This document shows, in pieces, positions 54,241 to 64,000 of a DNA stretch of 64,000 nt. The notes beneath the pieces are model-generated. The model was not told the DNA's origin. It saw only the letters and a program-made list of their open reading frames with translations, and did not search any database. Numbering within the stretch: position 1 is the stretch's first letter; every line of letters begins with the position of its first letter. The position numbers and the translations under genes are program-made. Location of the stretch: the NCBI GenBank assembly GCA_040954595.2, contig CM082598.2:7579097-7643096 (forward strand). The letters are read 5' to 3'. Source of the DNA: Balanoglossus misakiensis. Lineage: Eukaryota > Animalia > Hemichordata.

Positions 54241-54535
54241 TGTGGTATTTCTGGAGAAAACCTCACCTGGAGTATACCAGTGCCTGGAGATTCCTGTGGA
54301 AATGCTTATTGGGTGGTGACCCTTATGTGACCTGTCACGTGACCCCGTGAAGGTTATATATATCACCGTGGGACCGGAAGCCGGGGTTCTCTCTCGTCTC
54401 GTCCATGGTCTGGTGCTACACGCTCTACTTGTTCTGGACCCGGACCGCCTGCACGCACTCAACTAGGTGAGTATGCGTTACGGGCATTGACTAGGGAAAC
54501 CTTTCCGTGGCGTTGAAGTTGGGGAAAACACTACA
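54241..54535 (+). repeat. 3' LTR
   Basis: Direct repeat of 50763-51057, followed by the TSD CACT. Confidence 0.97.
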
Positions 54536-54958
54536 CACTTGCCCAGACGAAAAATTATACTTGCCACGGGCGTCGGGCGATAGGAAATATCGAGACATGG
54601 AAATTTTTTCATTAGAAAAAAAAAGTAGTCGTCCGTGAAGAAAGAGCATTGTACTATGCATATATTACTTACCACAACAAGTGCTGTCATCAATGCTCGC
54701 TTTCAGTGGAGGCGGCCATCTTGTATCGTCGTCAAGTGATGCCGGTGCACGCGCAATTAGGCTAGATACATGAGTAAAATTACTTTGTTCGGCGCACAGG
54801 GTGAGTAATTTTCCTCGCGAGGAAAAAAATATCAAACACGTTGAATATCGTGATCCTCGGCGCAAAAGTAAAAATATCAGGAAAAATCGCCAGCACACAG
54901 AAGGAAAATTGCTCGAATGACTTTTTGCTCAGCTGATTTCTCTCGTGTGCGGCGGCCT
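54536..54958 (-). mobile_element. Probable 5' terminus of the Harbinger element
   Basis: Minus strand reads TAA|AGGCCGCCGCACACGAGAG, a Harbinger-like end with TWA target; partner end not found. Confidence 0.55.
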
Positions 54959-57900
54959 TTAACAAACAAAAAATAACTGAGCCAGTGATTCCAACTGGGT
55001 ATTAACAGTGCAACATTCTATATGGGAGCATTAACTTGCAGTTTGTTTGTAAAAGGGATATCCAAAATACTACATGTAGTAATTATAATCTATTTGTTGG
55101 GAAATGCAGACAAGAAAATCAGTCAGTCAGGTTGTTGTCTATGCTACCAGTAATCCCTGAGCAAACTCTAGCTACATATTACATGTACCAGTATATCAGA
55201 AATCATTCATTGACACATTCACACTTATTTTGTTTATCTAGTACCGACTACTTTTTCTAGCATATTCTATGAATCCTCTCACTGTTGTTGGTATTTGCTT
55301 CGTTTTCATTTGTTGGCAATGTTGAAGACAAAATGCTGATCCTTGTTCAGTTTCTTTGGTACAGACATCAGGAAAGTTTAGATTAGAAAAGCCTGCAATC
55401 TTCATTGGTACTTTAAACATGCAGTGTGAGAAAATTAACTTCCACAGTCCGTCTGTTGTGAACAGTCTTCCACATCCTTTAAATCAAAGATTTTATGATA
55501 AATACAAAACATAACATGAATAACACAGTATGGCTCAAAATTGATCAGCATTGGTTATACATGTATACATACTAAATTACTATGATTCATTTTTTGTAGA
55601 CACATGTTTATAGTTATGGATTTTCCATGACACAAACTGAGATAATGAAGAATTTATTAAAGCTATGGCTTCTTTGACAATGAATAAATCCAGCAAGTGC
55701 TAGAAAAGCCCATAAATGCTATGTAATATACTTTTAAACTAGAGGAGAAAACATTGAGGATGATAAAATAGTCTTTCTTTTCTTTTTTAAGCCAGATAGA
55801 TATAATGTTTAAAACTAAATTGACAGGAAAACTAGAAAAACAAATGAGTTACTAGTATTTACCTCTTTCCTCACACCCTTTACTACAGTTTTCATGCTTA
55901 TACAGACATTTCACCCTTTCAAGTTCATTATATTCCATGAAATCCTTGAACGTCTTCTGTTTGTTGAAAGCCCAAGTCTGGAGCAGTGAATGGTCTTTCA
56001 GCTAACTTCTGACTTCTTCAGCCCAAAATGCTGATGCTGCCACTTTCCTAGTGAAAACAGCTTCCAATTGAACTGGGTGACATTCAGCTACAAGATATAT
56101 TGTAAAGAATCATAGTAAATGATTAAGACTTTCAAAAAAGTAAAATGTGGATGCCCGGTACTCAGTTGATTGTTTTAATGGAAGCCACATATTATGCCTT
56201 AATTATTTCATATACGCATGCTCACGGAAATATCTGATAGAGTGCAACATGCAGTATGATTGTGAAGCAAGCCATGTCTTATTCAGTAATCTGTCTATAC
56301 TGAACAGTGTTTAAAAGGATCCTCTATAAACCAAACAGCACTGCATGCAAACAGAATAATTTTCACAATCCTTTAAATGTTTTGTTAGGATCAACAGGTT
56401 GGACTATATAAAACTTACCTGAGCAATTTTCTTGTACACTGCTGCTTTGTAACATATCTGAAGCTGTCCATCATCACAATATGAAAGAAACAATCAAAAA
56501 AAATTATGCAATCATAATGACAATGAACTGAATATGCCCACATGGCTTTTCAGTAACGATTGCAAATGTGAAAATTAGCATATAGTGCTCCTATTGTTGT
56601 GAAATTATGATTCAGCAAATCACATGACTTTAAAGCAGTAAATCTGCTCTTCAGGTAATTAGTGTACTATTTTTAATTAACACCAGTATAGCTATACTGT
56701 ATGTAAATAACAACTTCATCACATATGCAAATTTGCTGTTTGTTGCTCACAGATTGCATGGCATGCTTATTCAACATGAGACCAGTATCACTTTCAGGTT
56801 TCATTGGATTTATTGTAGTAATGGTACAATTCCATCATGCATTGATGATTCATGACAGTACTCCCTTCAGCTAAAATGGTCTTTTGAAATCCATGGATAT
56901 ATGACCATGTATCAAGGTAGTGGCTCTACACACAAACAAATCAAAACCCAATCACTGTCATGCCAGGCTGTCTTATACTAGACAAACAAACAAGCTATAT
57001 ACACCAGTGTTATTGTACATAAGTAATTTGATACTAATAACCAGTAATCAACAGCTGTACTAAAAATATAAATGCAATACCTGAGAAACTGTGGAAATTT
57101 TTTCTTCTTCTTCCTCTGTCAAAATAGAAACACCTGACTGACTCTCTTCCCTTGCTGTTGAAAAGACAATGATATAGGATAACTGTCTCGCTTTCTTCAA
57201 CAGATAAATGGCCATTAAAATGCATGCAGGAAAATGCAATGAAAAGCAGAAACCCAAGAAGCCTTATTCTCAATGCTGATTTATTGATTAAATTTCGCCT
57301 TTGAATGAGTAAAAACATCTACCGAACTTGGCAATGCATCTGTCAAAATTGGATTTGGGTTTCATGACTTGTTCATTTTCTATGTCATGCATAGGCGACG
57401 TAAACACACCCATCATGCAACTGTGACTACAAGAGATAAAACTGCACAGAAAAAATGTAATGTTAAAAATGAGTAACTGTGTCCATTTACAAACAAATGT
57501 ATACTCTAATATATTCTGAACATAATGTAAAAGGGTATACTTACATGTAAGGACATCTTTTGTGTTGATGTAATTCATGGTACACCGAGTGGCTTCATTG
57601 TACGCCTCAGCAAAACCTGAGAATGAAACCCATGAATGATGCCTGGGGGAAATAATAAATATATAAATGTAAGGACTAGAGAAGATGCAGCATTTGTAAT
57701 CTAGCAAAACTAAAATAAAGTAGGCTCACTGACTAGAATGTACGTAAGAACACTTATTTTAGAACATCAATATGCTACTATAGAATATAGACCCCAGTAT
57801 GTGTTATAACTTGCTTGCTCCAATCTACTACACTAAGTGGGTTACTGACATACATAAACTATTGAATATATGTAATATTAATAGAGAGTGCAGCAAGAGC

Positions 57901-58877
57901 GGCCGAAGGCCTCTCGCATAGTGAGCACTTTAGATAGCGCAGGTACGAGAATGGAGGATTATGGGAAATAGAATTTATCTCTATATACCTACAAGTTCAA
58001 AAAGTGTGTGTGTTGTTCCTACGGGGCCATCCATTAATTTTGATCTCTACGTTACGTAAAATCAACGTTGTTATTCATCAAAAATCCTACATAGTACTCA
58101 GAAATGCACATCGACACAATTCCACCAAAGACGGTTGAAAATTAAATTGGAAAATGAAATTCAGTTGCGTTTCTGGACATTTTTGAGCAGCCATATTGAA
58201 TCAAGCAAAATCACGCCATAATACGCGAGACTTCGAAATAATGTTATGCGTCCATCACCAACGACAACATTTATTCTTTTTGAGCCTAAACATTTAACAA
58301 CAAGACTACCACAATGACCGTAAATAGATAATCTGAAGCTATTACAGAAACGGAATGATGCTGATGTTGTAAATTACAACAATAATAATAACACTAGCAA
58401 TATTAGTTAAACTACTCTAACTCTCTTGCTGCCCTTTTTCCATTAGTTAAAATTGATACAAGACACTGTTTATGTTATTTTACGTATGAATATATACATG
58501 TATCTGACCACACACAACTTGCATCCCATTTGTAGGATATAAGAGTAAACATCTCGCTAAAATGAATAAATGGTAAACACCAATTATTCATTTTGGCGAT
58601 TTTTTCACTCTTTTGTGTACAAGTGGCATGGATGTTGTGTGTGTTCAAAGCAATGCACTATATATCTACATGTACATAAATATAAACAGTGTCTTGTATC
58701 TAACGTAATAGAGAGAAAGCAAATAGTATTAAACATGATGATGTATATCAATTGTGATTTATATTATGAATATTTTTTTGCAATACATGTACTGTTCATT
58801 CAAGAATGACCCACAATTGTCACTCACGGTGCCTAAGGCTCCTCCAATAGCAAAACACACTTGTGCAAGGGGTTGGA

Positions 58878-58937
58878 TAGCTCTGCGTACAGGTCTGTGT
58901 GTAACGCCGGGAACACACAGACCTGTACGCAGAGCTA
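58878..58937. repeat. 60-bp hairpin mini-element with TAG...CTA ends
   Basis: TAGCTCTGCGTACAGGTCTGTGTGT ... ACACACAGACCTGTACGCAGAGCTA; internally deleted copy at 21449-21494. Confidence 0.7.
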
Positions 58938-59899
58938 GGGGTGGGACATAGTTATAGAGTAATTAAAGAAACTTACGCTAATGCGGACTGGAATCGGTAC
59001 ACGTCTCTGTGTACATAAACCTTCGTGGAAGCTTCCAAAAATTCACAACTGTCTTCATAAAATCGCCTTCCGTCAACCGAAGTATAATAATATGGGGAGA
59101 ATGTCGAAGCACCACAATCCTTATTTTGGCACCGCAGAGTGATTTTTGATGCCGGTACTGGGCCGGAAAGCAGATATAGTGTCACATTCGTTGGCTCATG
59201 AAATGATGAGAGTTGTGAATCACAACCACAACAGCTTGTCACGGGTGGTGCCAGGAAATGGAGGTAATTTTTCCCCGAAGATTTTGACAAATTCCATAAT
59301 AGATCAACGAATTTGCCTGAGCTAGAATATACGAATGACCCACTAGTCCACATGTTATCAACCAGAGCTGATAAGCGTTCTACCTCTCTCGCGGAAATGG
59401 CTTTCGCTCGTTCACCTCCGGGCTCTATAGATGTCTCTGTCAGCCAGTGGTTGAGGATATCTGCTATGAATTCTATCTGTACTGCACGAAGCTATCTGGT
59501 ATATGGGCAAGCGACAGCGACAGTAGCTTTGTTCCTTCACACCCGAGGCACGAAAATAAAACAAACTCTTTTTCCTGTCTCGTCAGCGACATTCTTGCAA
59601 TGGTATCCCATGCATCCGTTTTCGCGGACAGTGCGGATCGGAAATCGTTCACATTATCTACACAATCGGTAAGTGAACTTCTGATCGCTCGATGAGCCGC
59701 ACCATCCACTTGACATGCAGCATCAAATACAGCAAAGTCCGTACATTTGGTTTTTCGCTGTTTAGGTGGCATCCTGTAGCTGCGGTTCGGAGGTCAACGG
59801 AAATGTGGAAAACAGTGGGGTCGTCACGACTAGACAACAAGCTTGCAAGCAGCCTGCTGAGTGCTGGCGCTGTGTACAGTTTTGTGCTCAAAGACTAAA

Positions 59900-61340
59900 A
59901 AATCCACGACCAAAAACCGGTCGTGGCAGAATATACGTAGAGAAATCAAAGACCTAAACATATCCACGACCAAAAAACCGGTCGTGGCAGAATATACGTA
60001 GAGAAATCAAAGACTTAAACATATCCACGACCAAAAAACCGGTCGTGTGGGAATATACGTAGAGAAATCAAAGACTTCAACATATCCACGACCAAAAAAA
60101 CGGTCGTGGCAGAATATACGTTGAGAAATCAAAGACTTAAACATATCCACGACCAAAAAACCGGTCGTGGCAGAATATACGTAGAGAAATCAAAGACTTC
60201 ACATATCCACGACCAAAAAACCGGTTGTGGCAGAATATACGTAGAAAAATCAAAGACTTAACATATCCACGACCAAAAAACCGGTCGTGGCAGAATATAC
60301 GTAGAGAAATCAAAGACTTAAACATATCCACGACCAAAAAACCGGTCGTGGCAGAATATACGTAGAGAAATCAAAGACTTCAACATATCCACAACCAAAA
60401 AACCGGTCGTGGCAGAATATACGTAGAGAAATCAAAGACTTAAACATATCCACGACCAAAAAACCGGTCGTGTGGGAATATACGTAGAGAAATCAAAGAC
60501 TTAAACATATCCACAACCAAAAAACCGGTCGTGGCAGAATATACGTAGAGAAATCAAAGACTTAAACATATCCACGACCAAAAAACGGTCGTGGCAGAAT
60601 ATACGTTGAGAAATCAAAGACTTAAACATATCCACGACCAAAAAACCGGTCGTGGCAGAATATACGTAGAGAAATCAAAGACTTCACATATCCACGACCA
60701 AAAAACCGGTTGTGGCAGAATATACGTAGAAAAATCAAAGACTTAACATATCCACGACCAAAAAACCGGTCGTGGCAGAATATACGTAGAGAAATCAAAG
60801 ACTTAAACATATCCACGACCAAAAAACCGGTCGTGGCAGAATATACGTAGAGAAATCAAAGACTTCACATAACCACGACAAAAAAACCGGTCGTGTGGGA
60901 ATATACGTAGAGAAATCAAAGACTTCAACATATCCACAACCAAAAAACCGGTCGTGGCAGAATATACGTAGAGAAATCAAAGACTTCACATAACCACGAC
61001 CAAAAAACCGGTCGTGGCAGAATATACATAGAGAAATCAAAGACTTCACATAACCACGACCAAAAACCGGTCGTGGGAGAATATACGTAGAGAAATCAAA
61101 GACTTAAACATATCCACGACCAAAAAACCGGTCGTGGGGGAATATACGTAGAGAAATCAAAGACTTCACATATCCACGACCCAAAAACCGGTCGTGGGGG
61201 AATATACGTAGAGAAATCAAAGACTTCACATATCCACGACCCAAAAACCGGTCGTGGGGGAATATACGTAGAGAAATCAAAGACTTCACATATCCACGAC
61301 CTAAAACCGGTCGTGGGAGAATATACGTAGAAGAAAATCA
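59900..61340. repeat. Subterminal ~60-bp tandem array (~23 copies) with internal palindrome
   Basis: Unit ACATATCCACGACCAAAAAACCGGTCGTGGCAGAATATACGTAGAGAAATCAAAGACTT; inverted copies at ~22930-23056. Confidence 0.97.
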
Positions 61341-61357
61341 GAAACTTAACACAACCA

Positions 61358-61540
61358 CGATGATGATGTTGTTTGTGGTGATGCTTACGTGTTTGTGTGT
61401 GTGTGTGGTGGGGGGGGGGTGGTGGTGGTTGGTCATACTAAAAACGTTGTAGCCCCCCCCCCCCGTAACATTACACCATTGTTTTATTACTGTCGCAAAG
61501 CAATGCCCGATTTGATAGGCTTGGCGCATGCGCGATTTCC
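61358..61540 (-). repeat. Right terminal inverted repeat
   Basis: ...GCAAAGCAATGCCCGATTTGATAGGCTTGGCGCATGCGCGATTTCC is the reverse complement of the left TIR. Confidence 0.95.
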
Positions 61541-61683
61541 GTCAATTGGTTTTCAAGCATAATATATACACAACACAACAAATTATATTGATATACCATG
61601 CCTAAAATATGAAATGGAAAAAATGCAATCAAATGAGTGGCCAAGCAATTTTTTTCCAAATTTTTCCATTTAATTAACATTTT

Positions 61684-62468
61684 GTAATAGTTTATATATT
61701 TTAGGCTAACTGTGGCTTGATTCTGTCTGTCTCTAACATTCAAGGAAAATTTGTTTGTAAAGTCATTTCAATGCCTGTCTATTAAAGCCTGTATAGCTGC
61801 CAAATTTTAACATTTTTCCACAATAAAATACTTCAAATATATTCCCTATCCTCTAAATCCTCAACTTAAGCCATATTACTTGCATTTGCATCAGTTTGTC
61901 ATCTTTTGGCGACGCCTACCACGATAGCTGCGTACTGTTTGTATGGAGGCTGATGAAATGGGTGCGGCACCGTTTTAATACAAAAGTGTTCAAATTGCAA
62001 CATGCAGTCATAATCGGGCATCGATAAGATGTTTATGTATACCTAAGTAAGCTTATTTAGATGGACTAATTTAAGTTGGAAATTAATGTAATAGTTTATA
62101 TATTTTAGGCTAATGTGGGTTGATTCTGTCTGTCTCAAACATTCAAGGAAAATTTGTTTGTAAAGTCATTTCAATGCCTGTCTATTAAAGCCTGTATAGC
62201 TGCCAAATTTTAACATTTTTCAACAATAAAATACTTCAAATATATTCCCTATCCTCTAAATCCCCAACTTAAGCCATATTACTTGCATTTGCATCAGTTT
62301 GTCATCTTTTGGCGACGCCTACCACGATAGCTGCATACTGTTTGTATGGAGGCTGATGAAATGGGTACGGCACCGTTTTAATACAAAAGTGTTCAAATTG
62401 CAACATGCAGTCATAATCGGGCATCGATAAGCTTATTTAGATGGACTAATTTAAGTTGGAAATTAATG
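61684..62468. repeat. ~400-bp tandem duplication (2 copies)
   Basis: GTAATAGTTTATATATTTTAGGCTAA...GGAAATTAATG starts at 61684 and again at 62088. Confidence 0.9.
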
Positions 62469-64000
62469 CTAAAAAGTGGCAGCTCTAGAGGCTTTCATTT
62501 CCACATCTTGCTGACAATAGATGTAGATGTATTTGAAATATGTGCTTTGATTGGATTATATGACATGAATTTATTTGAAGGGTGTGTTTGGATTAGATTA
62601 TGTGACCATTGGATTTTGGATTTGTGTTCAAGAAGTGTTTGGAAATATTGAAGGGATCTGATGAAAAATGTTCAGGCAATTATTTTACCTTGGTCTGGAG
62701 TTTTTAAAAAAGGGTGCGTGATTTTCATGTTGTTTGGGTATTGATACTATGTTCACTTCCAGTTCTATATTTGCAAATTGAGATATGTTTAAAATGTCCC
62801 GTATTCAGCTTATCATCTCAAACAGTATTTTCATTAATAACAATAAAATTTATGCGTTTATTGTTTGTGTATTTTGGATTATTAAGTCAAATGAGGGACA
62901 GTTCTTAATGTACACCTTGTAATGAATCAATCAACAACATAATAGATAGGTGAATATTTTTCCTCTATTTTGATGTGAACTTTGCTCAATCCTATTTATC
63001 ATTTCAACAGGAGATGAGACTTCAAGATGTCTGCAAAGATTTCAATGAGAGTGTATCAAATAAACCGGAAAAGCTCAACCAGAAAAGTGTGTATGATGAC
63101 AGCAGCTGATCACAGTCCCCAAGATATCCTTTGATGTCAATCTCTTGAAGTCATCTGTGCAAATTTAGGTGCAGTGACCAATTGGAGAGTTGACTTCTAG
63201 CCAATCACAGATTTTCAGTGGATGGCCATGGAAAAAACAATGCCACAGACTAAAACACACCATTTTACCATATATGGACATATGTAAATAAGGGGTGACT
63301 TTATTTCAGAACTTTGGGCTTTTGAAAATGACACACAAAATGCTCGCATTTTTGGCAATATATGTCATTTTTTGCATTATTTTCATGAGTTTACTTTCAA
63401 ACTAGGAATGGTTCATATATATGACCTAACTGATGGGTATCTACAAAACATATTATCAACCCCTGATTGTGGTTGTATATTTAGATAATTAACAGGTGTG
63501 GCACATGTTTATTCAGTTGTCTGATGCAAGAGTACACAACTATCTGCACATGGGTGTTAGAAACTCCACAAATTCAAAATGGTATCACCTGTGGACTTCA
63601 GATTAGAAAAAGATTGAAATACAAAATGTATGTTGTTGAATGAAATACGTGTAAACAGTGGCAGCTATTGGAGCTTTAAAAGGGATCTGACTTTGCAAAG
63701 TTCTCTTACAGATTCAAATAATTACAGGGGAATAACGCTTTTGGATGTATTCGGTAAAATATTTTGTGGTATTTTAAATTAAAGGTTGTACAAATGAGCT
63801 GAAAATACCAATGCTATTTGTAATGCACAAGCGGGATTTCGTAAAGGGTTTTCAACAACGGATAATATATTTACTTTGCATGCCATCATAAAATATTACA
63901 TCAGAGAAGGAAGGTGAAATTTTACTGTCTTTTTGTAAATTTTGCCAAAGCATTAGATTCTGTGGATCACAGATGTCTTTTTTTTCAAACTGCAGTCGAT

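Larger units (their letters stand above)
50763..54535 (+). mobile_element. Non-autonomous Gypsy-like LTR retrotransposon carrying TatD
   Basis: 295-bp LTRs TG...CA; CACT TSD on both sides; PBS and PPT present; integrase C-terminal remnant; no gag or RT. Confidence 0.95.
46042..59772 (-). pseudogene. CxC5-CxC6 KDZ-type transposase, multi-exon, inactivated; exons ~58977-59772, 57545-57642, 55863-56087, 55250-55476, 47858-47939, 47537-47686, 46042-46288
   Basis: FLAPPVTSCCGC...LRCQNKDC and HHSWVSFSGFAEAYN (CxC5-like); HENCSKGC..GCGRLFTTDGLWK..HC...C...FCLQH (CxC6-like); GGGVI..IP*YK|SESLSQV and IVCYDAMC (KDZ core). In-frame stops and frameshifts; C-terminus degenerate. Confidence 0.8.
22588..61540. 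mobile_element. Giant (~39 kb) TIR DNA transposon, KDZ (Kyakuja-Dileera-Zisupton)-like, carrying a helicase-PHD cargo gene
   Basis: ~200-bp inverted repeats at both ends; shared CCACGACC/GGTCGTGG subterminal motifs; two convergent genes, each starting within ~2 kb of its end; no TSD recognised. Confidence 0.8.

Noticed and set aside
57034-57420. Possible additional KDZ exon(s)
   Set aside because: The frame could not be fixed and no recognisable motif was seen, so it was left out of the exon list
59900-61340. CRISPR array (palindromic repeats)
   Set aside because: The intervening sequence is constant rather than unique spacers; no cas genes; eukaryotic context
22588-61540. Polinton/Maverick or Helitron
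   Set aside because: No pPolB, retroviral-type integrase, capsid, HUH Rep or PIF1 motifs seen; the ends lack the (AG)n Polinton pattern

Overview
AT-rich, intron-containing animal genomic DNA (probably a marine invertebrate; this is inference) made almost entirely of nested mobile elements. Left part (1-~22 kb): a 122-bp satellite and a minus-strand, multi-exon, frameshifted copy of Mediator subunit MED25. One of its introns is swollen by stacked MITEs, an LTR remnant and a broken ~1150-aa DDE transposase gene. The centrepiece (22588-61540) is a ~39-kb element bounded by ~200-bp inverted repeats and palindromic subterminal repeats. It carries two convergent spliced genes: a CxC5/CxC6 KDZ-type transposase (minus strand, decayed) and a phage/plasmid-like AAA+ P-loop helicase-like gene (plus strand). 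The latter ends in an ING-type PHD finger and contains a ~13-kb exonic 81-bp VNTR. Nested in a transposase intron are a Harbinger remnant and a young 3.8-kb Gypsy-like LTR element (LTRs differ at 3 of 295 nt; 4-bp TSD, PBS and PPT present). This element has lost gag-pol but keeps an integrase-tail PHD finger and an intact 790-aa TatD-nuclease ORF, which sits behind env-like splice signals. All family assignments come from motif recognition by eye, not database searches.
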